A stretch of 63,139 nt of DNA, counting the filler, from Bdellovibrionota bacterium (GTDB lineage Bacteria; Bdellovibrionota; Bdellovibrionia; Bdellovibrionales; JAEYZS01): assembly GCA_963169515.1 (NCBI GenBank). It is 7 parts of 7 records of this genome, joined end to end, with 100 filler letters (N's around TTAATTAATTAA, not from the genome) between each part and the next. Parts side by side here need not be neighbours in the genome. Positions count along the whole stretch, not along the records: positions 23,086 to 28,380 come from CAUJEF010000072.1; positions 28,481 to 45,928 come from CAUJEF010000074.1; 5 more parts are not named here. One strand, 5' to 3'. Shown here in pieces: positions 23,416 to 34,584 of the stretch (positions are counted from its first letter, which is position 1; every line of letters starts with the position of its first letter). Both the position numbers and the translations under genes were made by a program. The notes beneath the pieces were generated by a model that was not told where the DNA came from, did not search any database, and saw only the letters and a program-made list of their open reading frames with translations.

Positions 23416-25055
23416 TGAAGCGAAGTATAAAAGCTCCAACTGGCACCAAGCTACACTGCAAAGGTTGGTTGCAAGAAGCAGCTTACCGGATGATACAAAA
23501 TAATTTGGATCCATCGGTTGCTGAGCGGCCTGAAGATCTGGTTGTTTATGGTGGGATTGGAAAAGCGGCTAGGAACTGGGAAGCGTTTGATAAGATTTTA
23601 GATGTTTTGAAAAAATTAGAAAATAATGAAACACTATTAATTCAATCCGGGAAGCCTGTTGGGATTATTCGTACACATGAAGACGCTCCACGAGTCTTAT
23701 TGGCAAATTCTAATCTTGTTCCCAAGTGGGCAACATGGGAAAAGTTCCACGAACTCGATCAAAAAGGCTTAATGATGTATGGTCAAATGACTGCCGGATC
23801 TTGGATTTATATCGGCACTCAAGGAATTGTCCAGGGGACTTACGAAACATTTGTTGAGGCAGGTCGAAAGCATTTTAACGGTGACCTTAAGGGTAAAGTC
23901 ATTCTAACTGCGGGTTTGGGCGGAATGGGCGGGGCGCAAACATTGGCCGGTGTTTTTGCGGGTGCTGTCGTTTTAGCAGTAGAGGTGGATGAGACTCGAA
24001 TTCAAAAACGGCTTGAAACAGGTTATGTAGACGAAGCTGTGGATAATATTGACGAAGCACTGACCTTGATAAAAAAATATAAGGATAAAAAAACCGCAAA
24101 ATCAATCGCACTTAAGGGCAATATGGCGACTGTAATTCATCAGTTGATTGATCGACACTTTTTGCCAGATCTATTGACGGATCAGACGTCAGCTCATGAC
24201 CCGCTGAACGGATATATTCCGGAAGGATATACAGTCACTGAGGCTACAGCGCTGAGAAAGCATGATCCCAAAGCCTATGTTGATTTATCTAAAAAAAGTA
24301 TGGCGAAGCATGTTCGAGGAATGCTTGAAATGCAAAGTCGAGGCGCGATTACATTTGATTATGGAAACAATATTCGTGCCATTGCTTTTGACGAGGGTGT
24401 GAAAGATGCCTTTAAAATTAAAGGTTTTGTTCCTGAGTATATTCGCCCTCTGTTTTGTAAAGGCAGCGGGCCGTTTCGTTGGGTAGCCCTTTCGGGTGAT
24501 CCTTCTGATATTCAGGTCACAGACGATGCAATACGTGAATTGTTCCCCCAAAAAAGCCATTTGCTGAACTGGCTGGATATGGCCGAACAACGAATTAAAT
24601 TTCAAGGCTTGCCAGCCCGTATTTGCTGGTTGGAATACGGCGAGCGAGCGAAAGCTGGAAAAAAATTTAATGAATTGGTCAAAACAGGCAAAGTCAAAGC
24701 GCCGATCGTAATTGGGCGGGACCATTTAGACTGTGGAAGCGTGGCGTCCCCTAACCGTGAAACAGAGTCGATGAAAGATGGGTCTGATGCGATCGCCGAT
24801 TGGCCAATACTAAATGCTCTATCAAACACAGCCTGTGGTGCGACCTGGGTGAGCTTTCATCATGGCGGTGGCGTTGGGATGGGGTACAGCCTTCATGCGG
24901 GCCAAGTCATCGTAGCTGATGGAACCATGGCGGCAGAAAAACGTCTGGAACGGGTTCTTACCTGTGATCCAGCGATGGGTTTATATCGACATATAGACGC
25001 TGGATATGAAGACGCACGAGAAACAGCTCTGGAGCGTGGTGTAGCTGTTTTATGA
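23415..25055 (+). CDS. hutU: Urocanate hydratase
   Basis: [40 protein letters not shown]. Confidence 0.98.
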   Translation: MKRSIKAPTGTKLHCKGWLQEAAYRMIQNNLDPSVAERPEDLVVYGGIGKAARNWEAFDKILDVLKKLENNETLLIQSGKPVGIIRTHEDAPRVLLANSNLVPKWATWEKFHELDQKGLMMYGQMTAGSWIYIGTQGIVQGTYETFVEAGRKHFNGDLKGKVILTAGLGGMGGAQTLAGVFAGAVVLAVEVDETRIQKRLETGYVDEAVDNIDEALTLIKKYKDKKTAKSIALKGNMATVIHQLIDRHFLPDLLTDQTSAHDPLNGYIPEGYTVTEATALRKHDPKAYVDLSKKSMAKHVRGMLEMQSRGAITFDYGNNIRAIAFDEGVKDAFKIKGFVPEYIRPLFCKGSGPFRWVALSGDPSDIQVTDDAIRELFPQKSHLLNWLDMAEQRIKFQGLPARICWLEYGERAKAGKKFNELVKTGKVKAPIVIGRDHLDCGSVASPNRETESMKDGSDAIADWPILNALSNTACGATWVSFHHGGGVGMGYSLHAGQVIVADGTMAAEKRLERVLTCDPAMGLYRHIDAGYEDARETALERGVAVL

Positions 25056-26278
25056 AAAATATCTTTCTGTTCACGGATGTTGCTGAACTTGTAACGCTTG
25101 AAAGTGTTCGCAATCAAGATGGGCGTCGCATTCGAGAAAAAGATTTGAGTATCTTGAAAAATGCAGCATTTGTTGTTCGTGATGGAAAAATCGTTTGGGT
25201 GGGCAGCTCAAAAAAAGTCCCCAAAGACTTCACAAAATTAAGGCCTCAAAAGATATCGCTGGGTAAACAAATTGTATTGCCAGGCCTTGTCGATTGCCAC
25301 ACACACATGGTTTTTGCAGGGGATCGCGCTTTTGAATTTGAAATGAGAAATCAAGGCGCTACTTACCAGGACATTGCAAAAGCGGGTGGCGGGATTATTT
25401 CTACAGTTAAAGAAACTCGAAGGACCTCGCACGAGAGGCTCTTAAAGTTGAGCCAGGTTCGAGTTAACGAACATATTCGTCAGGGTGCTACCACCATAGA
25501 AATCAAGAGTGGATATGGTTTAACATTAAAAGACGAAGTAAAAATTTTAAAAGTAATCAAAGGATTAAAAAAGGCGCGAATTGTTCCAACCTACTTGGGC
25601 CCTCACACTCTTCCCCCCGAATTTACAAACAATGTACAGTACATTGATAGTATCTTAAGTGATCTTTCAAAAATTAAAAAACTCACACGTCGCTGCGATA
25701 TTTTTATCGAAGATATGGCATTTTCAGCCTCCGATTCGCAAAGGTATTTTGAAAAAGCAAAAGCGCTGGGATTTGACATTGTAGCTCATACGAACCAGCT
25801 AACGGCATCCCAGGGTGTCTTGGTTGCTATTGCCCAAGGTGCTCGGTCTATTGACCACGTCAATTTTATCAATGAGGCCGACATACGTAGCATTTCAAAT
25901 TCAAGCACAACGGCCGTATTGACTCCCGGAGCAGATCTATTTTTAAAAAACCCGTATGCTCCAGCCCGACGGCTTCTGGATTCTGGTGCTAGGGTAGCTA
26001 TTGCTAGTAACTTCAACCCAGGGAGTTGTCCGACACAAGATTTGCAAATGATTGGTGCGTTGGCGCGCTTGGAACTTAAGATGACCTATTTTGAAGTTCT
26101 GTCTGCGTTTACGGTGAACGCGGGCTTTGCTCTTGGGCTTGAAGATGAAGTGGGAAGCCTTCAGGTTGGGCTGTCTGCAGACTTTTTGACCACCAATACG
26201 TCCCTTACTGGAATTTTCTATCAACCAGGATCTTCTCCGTTTACAGGTATTTGGCGTGATGGGCTTCAAATTTCTTAA
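25052..26278 (+). CDS. hutI: Imidazolonepropionase
   Basis: [27 protein letters not shown]. Confidence 0.95.
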   Translation: MKNIFLFTDVAELVTLESVRNQDGRRIREKDLSILKNAAFVVRDGKIVWVGSSKKVPKDFTKLRPQKISLGKQIVLPGLVDCHTHMVFAGDRAFEFEMRNQGATYQDIAKAGGGIISTVKETRRTSHERLLKLSQVRVNEHIRQGATTIEIKSGYGLTLKDEVKILKVIKGLKKARIVPTYLGPHTLPPEFTNNVQYIDSILSDLSKIKKLTRRCDIFIEDMAFSASDSQRYFEKAKALGFDIVAHTNQLTASQGVLVAIAQGARSIDHVNFINEADIRSISNSSTTAVLTPGADLFLKNPYAPARRLLDSGARVAIASNFNPGSCPTQDLQMIGALARLELKMTYFEVLSAFTVNAGFALGLEDEVGSLQVGLSADFLTTNTSLTGIFYQPGSSPFTGIWRDGLQIS

Positions 26279-26374
26279 ATTCTTTCAAAAAAAATGAAAA
26301 AAAGTGAAATTTTAGTTTGATTTTTACCCCTAATCTTTTTTAGGCTTGAAGCAAGCACTGGGGGGATTCGCATC

Positions 26375-26776
26375 ATGGAGATTACATCGGCACGCATATT
26401 AGAATCAAAATATTTTAGTCCAGCATTCAATACGGCTATTTTCGACGGGCCAGTCAGACTTTATTTTTCTCAAGCGCAAGAGTCAGATGCACTAAAAATT
26501 TATTTCAAGCTACAAAATCACTTCAAGCCAGGGGCAGAAACGACCCCGGGCGCAAATACGGCTTTTCGGGACCAGTCAGCAAAAAAAACCATTTTTGTCA
26601 TGATTTATCCAAACAAGGAAGCGTTCTTACAGTCATTCGACCTAGACAAAGATCTAGCAGTGGAAAATTTAGACAATGACATTGTAATTGGAATTCAATC
26701 GCCGATATCAGAACCGGTTCAAGATAAAATTTTGAACAATATCGAATTTATTTTGGGTGATCGCGATTTTTCATAA
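26375..26776 (+). CDS. Hypothetical protein
   Basis: 133-aa ORF with G-rich RBS. Confidence 0.75.
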   Translation: MEITSARILESKYFSPAFNTAIFDGPVRLYFSQAQESDALKIYFKLQNHFKPGAETTPGANTAFRDQSAKKTIFVMIYPNKEAFLQSFDLDKDLAVENLDNDIVIGIQSPISEPVQDKILNNIEFILGDRDFS

Positions 26777-26855
26777 AGGTTCCAGGTTCAAGATGATAAC
26801 TCATGCGAAATCCATAAAGCGGACAAAGTTGCTCCGAAAAAGAACCTGGAACCTT
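26776..26855. repeat. REP-like inverted doublet
   Basis: AAGGTTCCAGGTTC (26776-26789) / GAACCTGGAACCTT (26842-26855); same arms as at 51841-51889. Confidence 0.7.
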
Positions 26856-27041
26856 AGGAATCAGGGGGGGCAGCTTGTCCTTGAGTATGTTTTGCTTCTT
26901 GTTGTGGTTGTTTCGCTGGCGGAAATTATAGTTAAGGGCCTTATATCCCGAGAACAAAATGAGCCCGGTGCGATTATTAAAGTTTGGGATACAATCATTA
27001 AAAAAATTGGTTCTGACCAAGCCGGGGAGATTGAACCCTAA
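26793..27041 (+). CDS. Small class III signal peptide (Flp/TadE-like pilin) protein; start uncertain
   Basis: RNQGG|QLVLEYVLLLVVVVSLA: G cleavage site, E+5, hydrophobic helix. Confidence 0.7.
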   Translation: MITHAKSIKRTKLLRKRTWNLRNQGGQLVLEYVLLLVVVVSLAEIIVKGLISREQNEPGAIIKVWDTIIKKIGSDQAGEIEP

Positions 27042-27820
27042 AGCCTCTTTCCAAGATACACCCACTCACGCTTTGCCAATTCTTTATTAAGCTCCAATTG
27101 CATCATTTCGCGCAAGTCCGACGCAATTTCGTGTACCAGCTCGACGTCATTGGCGGATTCTGGTCTGAACGGAAGCTTTATCGGAGGTAAAAATTTAATT
27201 TTCCATTTTGCAGGGAGCGGGATCACATTCAAGGGAAGTGGGAGCACTCCGCCAGTCAGGTATTTTGCGAGCTTAATTTGTTTTAAATTAATATGAGTTT
27301 CTTCAGCGCCGATTACAAGTGCAGGAACAATCGGTGCGCCGGTCTTAATTGCCATACGAATGAAACCACGCTTAAATTCCTGTAGACGATAGCGGCGGGT
27401 TGTAGGTTTGAAATTTCCTTGTTCGCCCTCAGGGAATAGCACAACAGCGTTGTTTTTGTTTAGTAATTTCATTCCCATTTCAGTAGTTGCCTCAAAAAAA
27501 CCTAACTTATTTGCCGGAATTGCTGTCGCTTTAGTTAAAAACCAAAGGTGGTGGGTTAAGACTCGGGGAATTCTTTTTGTTTGAGTGAAAATTTCATTGC
27601 CTAAAATAATTGCATCAAAACCACTGTAACCAGAGTGGTTGGGCGTAATTAAGGTGCGCCCCTTTTTAGGAATATGCTCAACTCCCTCCACTGTAAGCCT
27701 AAGATATTTCTTAACCACGGTGAGAAGTAGCTTTGGCATGACTCGATACAGCAGCACATCCTCAGGAAGATTTTTGAGGCCAAACAATTTGTCTGCTGAT
27801 TTTTCGAAAAAGTTTTTCAT
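27038..27820 (-). CDS. Lysophospholipid/PlsC-family acyltransferase
   Basis: NHSGYSGFD (HX4-5D), FPEG, GAPIVP. Confidence 0.9.
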   Translation of the reverse strand: MKNFFEKSADKLFGLKNLPEDVLLYRVMPKLLLTVVKKYLRLTVEGVEHIPKKGRTLITPNHSGYSGFDAIILGNEIFTQTKRIPRVLTHHLWFLTKATAIPANKLGFFEATTEMGMKLLNKNNAVVLFPEGEQGNFKPTTRRYRLQEFKRGFIRMAIKTGAPIVPALVIGAEETHINLKQIKLAKYLTGGVLPLPLNVIPLPAKWKIKFLPPIKLPFRPESANDVELVHEIASDLREMMQLELNKELAKREWVYLGKRL

Positions 27821-27891
27821 GTCGCTTTAATGATTATATAACAATTCTAATAAATAAAAATACAGGCCAATGATCTAAAACGAGGTTCTCC

Positions 27892-28380
27892 GTGCCAAAT
27901 TATGTGCTCTCAATCGATCAAGGAACAACAGGGTCACAAGTTACAATTCTCAATGAAGAGGGTCAGGCCCTATATAACGCAAAAAAAGAGTTTAAGCAGC
28001 TTTATCCTAAGCCAGGGTGGGTCGAGCATGACCCCGAAGATATTTGGAAGAGTGTAACGGATTCCATTAGCGAGGCTTTGGTCAAATCACAAATTTCTGT
28101 GCACGACATTGCTGCGATCGGCATTACGAACCAACGGGAAACGACTGTGATTTGGGACCGCGAAACCGGAAAGCCCGTTTACAATGCCATCGTTTGGCAG
28201 TGCCGGCGAACATCTGATTTCTGCGATAAGATTCGAAAAAAACATTTGAAAACAATTAAAACAAAAACAGGTCTGGTGATTGATCCTTACTTTTCGGGTT
28301 CCAAAGTGCGCTGGATTTTGGAAAATGATAAAAATCTGCGGCGACGGGCCGAGAGAGGCGAGCTTGCATTTGGAACGATT
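27892..28380 (+). CDS. glpK: Glycerol kinase, N-terminal part
   Basis: IDQGTTGS, GITNQRETT, AIVWQCRRT, DPYFSG. Confidence 0.96.
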
Positions 28381-28480
28381 NNNNNNNNNNNNNNNNNNNN
28401 NNNNNNNNNNNNNNNNNNNNNNNNTTAATTAATTAANNNNNNNNNNNNNNNNNNNNNNNNNNNNNNNNNNNNNNNNNNNN
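28381..28480. other. Artificial contig linker
   Basis: N run with TTAATTAATTAA. Confidence 0.98.
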
Positions 28481-29167
28481 CGGCATCCAAAGGTGCCGGT
28501 GTACATATCTCCGGATCGAGTAAAGGGTGTCTTGGCGATTGAAAAAGAATTTTCGCCAGAGATCATAATTGCAGATGATGCCTTTCAACATCGTAGATTA
28601 TTGCGGGATCGAGACATCGTGGTTATCGACGCGACAGAGGAGAAAGAAAACTATAGACTTCTTCCGATGGGGCGAGCGCGCGAGAGCTTTGATTCGTTAA
28701 GGCGGGCCCACGCAATCTTTTTGACGAAAACAAACCTTGTTACTTCGGACGTTTTGCGTTGGGTACACGGGAATATTCGATTTAATAAAAATATTTTTAA
28801 CTTCGAAATGATCGTCGATAAAATATACAATTTCAGTAACGTGAATTTAGCTCGAGATTTCTCTGGTCAGGCGGTTGCACTGGTCAGTGGTATTGGAAAA
28901 CCACAGAATTTTGAAAAAATTCTGAATCGATACAAAATTGAAAGGCATTTGAAATACCCCGACCACGCCCGCTATGATGAGCACAAGGTGCGAGAGATAT
29001 TGAGCCTTCAGGAAAAGATGCCAGTGATTACAACCGAAAAGGACTATATAAAGCTAAAATCTTATCCTGTTCTGGAGGGTAAAAACATTTGGGTCTGTGG
29101 GCTGCAATATAGATCTCAGGCTGATTTGGAAACTGTATATGAATGTATTCGTCCGAATCATAATTAA
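28481..29167 (+). CDS. lpxK: Tetraacyldisaccharide 4'-kinase, C-terminal part
   Basis: DDAFQHRRL, LLPMGRARE, GIGKP, PDH, TTEKD. Confidence 0.93.
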   Translation, partial: RHPKVPVYISPDRVKGVLAIEKEFSPEIIIADDAFQHRRLLRDRDIVVIDATEEKENYRLLPMGRARESFDSLRRAHAIFLTKTNLVTSDVLRWVHGNIRFNKNIFNFEMIVDKIYNFSNVNLARDFSGQAVALVSGIGKPQNFEKILNRYKIERHLKYPDHARYDEHKVREILSLQEKMPVITTEKDYIKLKSYPVLEGKNIWVCGLQYRSQADLETVYECIRPNHN

Positions 29168-30014
29168 AGCAATAACCTATTTTATATATATTCTTCCACG
29201 CAAAGTTCAGCTTTTGCTGGGGCGGATCTTGGGCGTTTTATGGTTTGATATCGTGCGAATCAGAAGAAATGTAGTTTTGCAAAACCTGAGGCTTGCGTAC
29301 CCCGCTTTGACAGAGCAAGAGCGCGTTTTTATTGGCCGAAAAAGTGTTATTGGTCTTTGCCATACATTGGTCGAATTTTGTGTCATTGTTCACTTTAAAG
29401 GTCGTGATTTTAATAAGTATTTTATTAGTGGCGATCTGAGCAAGCTGCAAAGTGAATATCAAAAAGGAAAGGGTGTTTTATTGCTGTCCTTGCATACGGG
29501 AAATGGGGATCTTGCAACTCTTGGACTTACAAAACTTGGCTACAAAGTTAATTTAATTTCGAAACATTTTAAATCAAAATGGTTAAATGATCTGTGGTTT
29601 GGGATTAGAGGTGAGCAGGGAACAAAGTTCATTCATTTTGAGAAAAGCACATTTGAAATTCTGCGCGCACTGAAGAGGGGCGAAGTTGTTATCTTTGTTT
29701 TAGATCAATTTATGGGGCCCCCAGTGGGAGCGCGAACTCATTTTTTTGGGGTAGAAACGGGAACGGCTAAGGGCCTTGCCGTATTTGCGCAAAAAAGCGG
29801 CGCACCTGTGGTGCCTGTTTATAACTTTCGTCGAGAGGATGGTCGTATCGTCATTCTTGCAGATCCCAAAATTCCTTTTGAAGAAAGTGGCGAACGCGAT
29901 GACAATATCAAGTACATGACTCAGAAGTATACGGGCCAATTGGAGCAAATTATAAGAAAATCTCCGGATCAGTGGATGTGGGTCCACCGGCGGTGGAAGA
30001 AGTTTAATGACTAG
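29139..30014 (+). CDS. lpxL: Lipid A late acyltransferase (HtrB/MsbB family)
   Basis: HTGNGD, LDQ, FFG, PDQWMWVHRRWK. Confidence 0.88.
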   Translation: MNVFVRIIIKAITYFIYILPRKVQLLLGRILGVLWFDIVRIRRNVVLQNLRLAYPALTEQERVFIGRKSVIGLCHTLVEFCVIVHFKGRDFNKYFISGDLSKLQSEYQKGKGVLLLSLHTGNGDLATLGLTKLGYKVNLISKHFKSKWLNDLWFGIRGEQGTKFIHFEKSTFEILRALKRGEVVIFVLDQFMGPPVGARTHFFGVETGTAKGLAVFAQKSGAPVVPVYNFRREDGRIVILADPKIPFEESGERDDNIKYMTQKYTGQLEQIIRKSPDQWMWVHRRWKKFND

Positions 30015-30987
30015 ATATTTTTTTGTTTTGCTTGCCATCGCAGGTTGTGCTTCAAGAGGCTATTTAAAAGTCGACAATGCGGAAAAAGTCTTAAAAATTG
30101 AAGAATATGAAAAAGGAATTCAAGTTACAGAGATTCCAGGCCAAGTTTTACCCACCCCGTCCCCGATAGAGGTAAAAGAAGCCAAGCGAAAAGTGGCTCC
30201 TCTTGTCAAAAAAGAAGTTATCAAGCCAACCAAAATTTTAAAAAAAGAACCTAGTTTAGAGGACGCCGAAGGATTTAATGGCCGACGTCCCATTCTTGAT
30301 CCATTCAAAGTCGGCGAAAAGGTCACTTTAAAAATAACTTACTTTAATATGGCCGCAGGTGAAATTACGCTTGAGGTGCGGCCGTTTGTTCAGGTGAATA
30401 AAAGGAAATCCTATCATTTTTTTATGACAGCGAAAACAAATTCGTTATTTTCCAGCTTCTATAGCGTTAATGATAGTGCGGAGACTTTTGTCGATTATGA
30501 AAAATTGATTCCGTATAATATGGCCGTACATATCCAGGAAAGTAAGCAACTGCGCGAAGTGCGCGCATTATTTGATTGGAAAATCAAAGAGGCCAATTTT
30601 TGGGATAAGAAGATATCAACGAAGGGTGTTGAGGAAAAAAGTAAAATTTGGTCAATCCCAGATTTTTCGCAGAACATAATAAGCGCTGCTTACTATCTTC
30701 GAGCATTTGTGCTCGTTCCCGGAAAAGAAGTGAAATTCAGGCTGGCTGATGAAAAGAAAAATATGGTTGTTACAGGGAAAGTACTGCGCAGAGAAAAGCT
30801 TGAAACAGATATCGGGAAGTTGGATACGGTTGTTGTGCGGCCTGAAATCGCAATAGAGGGTGTGTTTAAACCTATGGGTGAAGTTTTCTTTTGGCTAACG
30901 GACGACGACAGGAAGTTTATTGTTCGAATTGAATCTAAAATAAAAATTGGCACAATCGTCGCTAAGCTTAAAGAGATAGTGCCGTAG
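30007..30987 (+). CDS. DUF3108-like lipoprotein
   Basis: Lipobox IAGC; FKVGEKVTL...WLTDDDRKFIVRIE pattern. Confidence 0.7.
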   Translation: MTRYFFVLLAIAGCASRGYLKVDNAEKVLKIEEYEKGIQVTEIPGQVLPTPSPIEVKEAKRKVAPLVKKEVIKPTKILKKEPSLEDAEGFNGRRPILDPFKVGEKVTLKITYFNMAAGEITLEVRPFVQVNKRKSYHFFMTAKTNSLFSSFYSVNDSAETFVDYEKLIPYNMAVHIQESKQLREVRALFDWKIKEANFWDKKISTKGVEEKSKIWSIPDFSQNIISAAYYLRAFVLVPGKEVKFRLADEKKNMVVTGKVLRREKLETDIGKLDTVVVRPEIAIEGVFKPMGEVFFWLTDDDRKFIVRIESKIKIGTIVAKLKEIVP

Positions 30988-31083
30988 TGAATAGTGTCGT
31001 AATGTCCTGCTGTTATGGCGACCTTGGTCCAGTTCTTTCTTTAATCTGTCCCTTTTGCAAAAAGCTTTTTGTTTAATAAATGT

Positions 31084-32253
31084 ATGTACCAAACGCGCTG
31101 CCGACATTTTTCGGGATATAAACCATGCTCAAAAAATGCAGATTGCAATGAGAACTGTTCCTCACGTGATATCCCTGAAAAGCATATTTTAATTATCCAC
31201 CTGGAAGCCATCGGTGCAGTTTTACGATCAACAGCGCTTTTGCCTTCGATCAAAAGAAAATATCCGTCTTCACATATAACCTGGGTAACTCGTGCGCCAG
31301 CACATTTCATATTAAAAAATAATCCAATGATTGATCGAATTTTAACGACTTCAAATGGAGATCTTTTAGCTTTGCGAGCCCTCAGATTTGATGTTGGGTT
31401 TGTGGTCGATAAAGACTTAGGCAGCGCTGGAATTGCTCAGTATGCAAAGATCAAAGAAACTTACGGATTCCTTGCAGATCCAGTAAACGGAGCCATTCTT
31501 CCAGCTAATGAAAAGGCCTATTCGCTTTGGGAGCTGGGGATCAACAATCATAAGAAATTTTTTGAGAATAAAAAGACCGAGACTCAATTGATCTGTGAGG
31601 CATTAGAGCTTCCGTATTGCCGGGACGAATATTCATATTCGTTTTTATTCGAAGAAATAGAGGAAGCTAAAAGGCGCCGCAAAGTTTGGGGGCGTGGTAA
31701 AAAAATGATTGTCGGAATCAGTACCGGCTGCAGTGCTAAAATGCGGGCAAGAAAGTTATCAGTCGAAGGGCATAAAAAATTGATTGATAAAATTTATAAG
31801 AGGCTTAAGGGCAAGGTTCAAATTGTTCTTTTGGGCGGGCCAACGGAAACCGAATTTAATAAAAAAATAGGCGACAAAAATGTTATTTTAAGCCCGACTG
31901 AATCCGGATTAAGGGATGGGATGATTAGTATCGAGGCTTGCGATGTCATAATTTCGGGTGACAGTTTGGGAATGCATATGGGTATTGCTTTAAAGAAATG
32001 GGTTATTGCTTGGTTTGGACCAACATGTCATCAAGAGATCGATCTTTTTGGCCGTGGTGAAAAGATATTGACCCAAGCCACGTGTAGCCCCTGCTGGAAA
32101 AGAGAATGTGAAAAAACAATAATGTGTTATGATCTGGTGTCTTTAGACAGTATTTCGGCTGAGGTTGAAAAAGTATGGCTCAGAAGGTTCTTATCATCCA
32201 AACGGCATTCCTCGGGGATGCTCTCCTCGCCATCCCCCTCCTCCGCAGTGTAA
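31084..32253 (+). CDS. Glycosyltransferase family 9 with Cys-rich N-terminus
   Basis: AIGAVLRS, GDSLGMH, FGPT, CSPC. Confidence 0.88.
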   Translation: MYQTRCRHFSGYKPCSKNADCNENCSSRDIPEKHILIIHLEAIGAVLRSTALLPSIKRKYPSSHITWVTRAPAHFILKNNPMIDRILTTSNGDLLALRALRFDVGFVVDKDLGSAGIAQYAKIKETYGFLADPVNGAILPANEKAYSLWELGINNHKKFFENKKTETQLICEALELPYCRDEYSYSFLFEEIEEAKRRRKVWGRGKKMIVGISTGCSAKMRARKLSVEGHKKLIDKIYKRLKGKVQIVLLGGPTETEFNKKIGDKNVILSPTESGLRDGMISIEACDVIISGDSLGMHMGIALKKWVIAWFGPTCHQEIDLFGRGEKILTQATCSPCWKRECEKTIMCYDLVSLDSISAEVEKVWLRRFLSSKRHSSGMLSSPSPSSAV

Positions 32254-33206
32254 GAAAAATCTACCCTGCACATGAGATACATTTTCTTTGTAGAAAAGGC
32301 TTTGCAGAATTTTTTGAACGGATGCAATTGGCAGATTGTGTATGGGAAATAAACAAAAAAAATTCCAACAGTCGCTCCCAAATTTTGAACGGTCTTAAAG
32401 GGCACGAATATGATTTTATTTTCTGCCCACACGAATCGATTCGATCTGCGGCTTGGGTTTTACAGCTTAAAAGCAAAGAAAAAATTGGATTTAAAAAATG
32501 GTGGAACTTTTTTGTCTTTACAAAGCGTGTACAAAAAAATAAAAAACTTCCCGATGCGCTAAGACAATTGTCCTTGCTGCAAACCGTGAGTATCGACATT
32601 ACGGATAAAATTAAAAATTATTCGGGTGGCGTTCCCGAATGGGCAAGTATGTCGCTGGTTAATGAAATCAACAAAACAGTGCATCCATTAAAGTGGCAAT
32701 TGAAGCAGCCCGTACTGTTTCTTGCTCCCGGTAGCGTTTGGGCAACAAAGCGTTGGACAAGGGACGGCTATAAAAAGGTCGCACAAGAATTTGGAAAAAC
32801 CCATACAGTGGTATTCGTTGGCACCTCTGATGAAAGGGAGCTGTGTGCTTCGCTCCAAGAAGAATTGCCAAATTCTTTAAATTTGGCAGGGCAAACCTCA
32901 GTTTTGGATTTGTTGTTTTTGTTTAAAAATGGAAAGCTATTAATTTGTAATGATAGCGGGGCAATGCATGTGGCATCGGCGGCGGGCCTTCCAACGGCTG
33001 CTGTATTTGGCCCTACCGTATTGGGTTTTGGGTATCAACCATGGCAAACAAAATCTACCGTTATTGAAAAAAAAATGTCTTGCCGTCCCTGTGGAAAACA
33101 TGGGCATCAAGTTTGTCCGATTGGCACCCATGCGTGTATGAAAGATATTTCTGCAGACGAGGTTTTGGAAAAGGCCCGTAAGCTTATACAAGATCCTTCA
33201 CATTAA
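32175..33206 (+). CDS. Glycosyltransferase family 9 (LPS heptosyltransferase WaaF-like)
   Basis: TAFLGD, APGSVWATKRW, NDSGAMH, FGPT, CRPC. Confidence 0.92.
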   Translation: MAQKVLIIQTAFLGDALLAIPLLRSVRKIYPAHEIHFLCRKGFAEFFERMQLADCVWEINKKNSNSRSQILNGLKGHEYDFIFCPHESIRSAAWVLQLKSKEKIGFKKWWNFFVFTKRVQKNKKLPDALRQLSLLQTVSIDITDKIKNYSGGVPEWASMSLVNEINKTVHPLKWQLKQPVLFLAPGSVWATKRWTRDGYKKVAQEFGKTHTVVFVGTSDERELCASLQEELPNSLNLAGQTSVLDLLFLFKNGKLLICNDSGAMHVASAAGLPTAAVFGPTVLGFGYQPWQTKSTVIEKKMSCRPCGKHGHQVCPIGTHACMKDISADEVLEKARKLIQDPSH

Positions 33207-34584
33207 TATTGTATTTTTTTATTTTTCGCAAAAGCGTATTTTTGGGAATATTCGCTTGTGCAACGGTTTGGTTAATTCGTCCTTGATTTGCCTTCAAGGC
33301 ACTGATGATGAATTCTTTTTCCATTTTTTCTTTGAAAAGTTCAAAATCAAGAGGGCTTGAAACCTTCATTCCGGCATCCACTGTGATTTTTTTTTGTGCG
33401 TCGCGCACGTTTTGCGGTAAGCTCGAAATTTGGATCTGATCTGAATTTTCAATGACAAATGTATGTTCAATGACATTTTCCAGCTCTCGGATATTCCCAG
33501 GCCAAGGGTAATGTTTTAGAATTTCTAAAGTTTCCTTACGTATGCCGCGAATACTACGTTTATGCAATTTTTCAAATTTTTTAATAAAATGCTCAACAAG
33601 CGCGGGAATATCGTCCATCCGTTCGCGCAAGGGTGGCAAAAAGATGGGCATAACATTAAGACGATAAAACAAATCTTCCCGGAACCGACCATCTTGAATC
33701 AGTTTTTCTAAATTTCTGTTTGTTGCGGCAATAATTCGTGCGCTTGTTTTAATCTCTCGATTGCTTCCCACTGGAACAAAGGCACGTTCTTGCAATACGC
33801 GAAGCAGTTTTACCTGCATATCAGGTTTTAATTCACCGATTTCATCCAAAAATATAGTACCTTGGTTTGCCAATTGGAATTTTCCAATTTTTCGTTCGCT
33901 TGCACCAGTAAATGCGCCCTTTTCATGGCCGAACAGCTCGCTTTCCATGAGTGTCTCCGGTATCGCACCACAGTTGATGGCAACAAAGGGCCCCGACTTA
34001 CGGGAAGAGTTGTAATGGATTGCACGCGCAACCAGTTCTTTGCCCGTTCCATTCTCACCGCGAACGAGAACCGTGGTGTCAACATTGCAAAGCTTATAAA
34101 TCAAATCAAAAATGTCCCTCATTTTTTGTGTTCGTCCGACAAACTCGCTATCAATATCATCATCGAAAATAGGATTTGAAATCGCCAAAGTTGACACCAT
34201 ATCCTGTGCTTCGACAGCCTTTGCAACGATTTGGTTCAGCTTTTCACCCTCGACAGGTTTAGGTAAATAGTCATATGCCCCGTGTTTAATTGCTTCGACT
34301 GCATCTTGCAAATTACTGTGAGCGGTCATCAGAACAACGAATGTGCGTGGATTTTTTTCTTTGATTGCGTTAAGCGCATCAAGCCCGTTCATTTCTGGCA
34401 TACGAACGTCCATCAATACAAGATCCCAATCCTCATTGTGAACTTTTTCAAGAGCTTGCAGGCCGTTTTCGGCTTCATGAATATCGAAATTGAACGCTTC
34501 CGAAAGCATCAGATTTGAAGTGACGGACTTCCGCAGTTCGGGTTCATCATCGACGATAAGAACTTTTATTTTTTTCTTGCTCAT
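33184..34584 (-). CDS. NtrC-family sigma-54 response regulator
   Basis: Receiver (VDDE, DVRMP), GENGTGKE, GAFTGA, HTH. Confidence 0.95.
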   Translation of the reverse strand: MSKKKIKVLIVDDEPELRKSVTSNLMLSEAFNFDIHEAENGLQALEKVHNEDWDLVLMDVRMPEMNGLDALNAIKEKNPRTFVVLMTAHSNLQDAVEAIKHGAYDYLPKPVEGEKLNQIVAKAVEAQDMVSTLAISNPIFDDDIDSEFVGRTQKMRDIFDLIYKLCNVDTTVLVRGENGTGKELVARAIHYNSSRKSGPFVAINCGAIPETLMESELFGHEKGAFTGASERKIGKFQLANQGTIFLDEIGELKPDMQVKLLRVLQERAFVPVGSNREIKTSARIIAATNRNLEKLIQDGRFREDLFYRLNVMPIFLPPLRERMDDIPALVEHFIKKFEKLHKRSIRGIRKETLEILKHYPWPGNIRELENVIEHTFVIENSDQIQISSLPQNVRDAQKKITVDAGMKVSSPLDFELFKEKMEKEFIISALKANQGRINQTVAQANIPKNTLLRKIKKYNINVKDLV

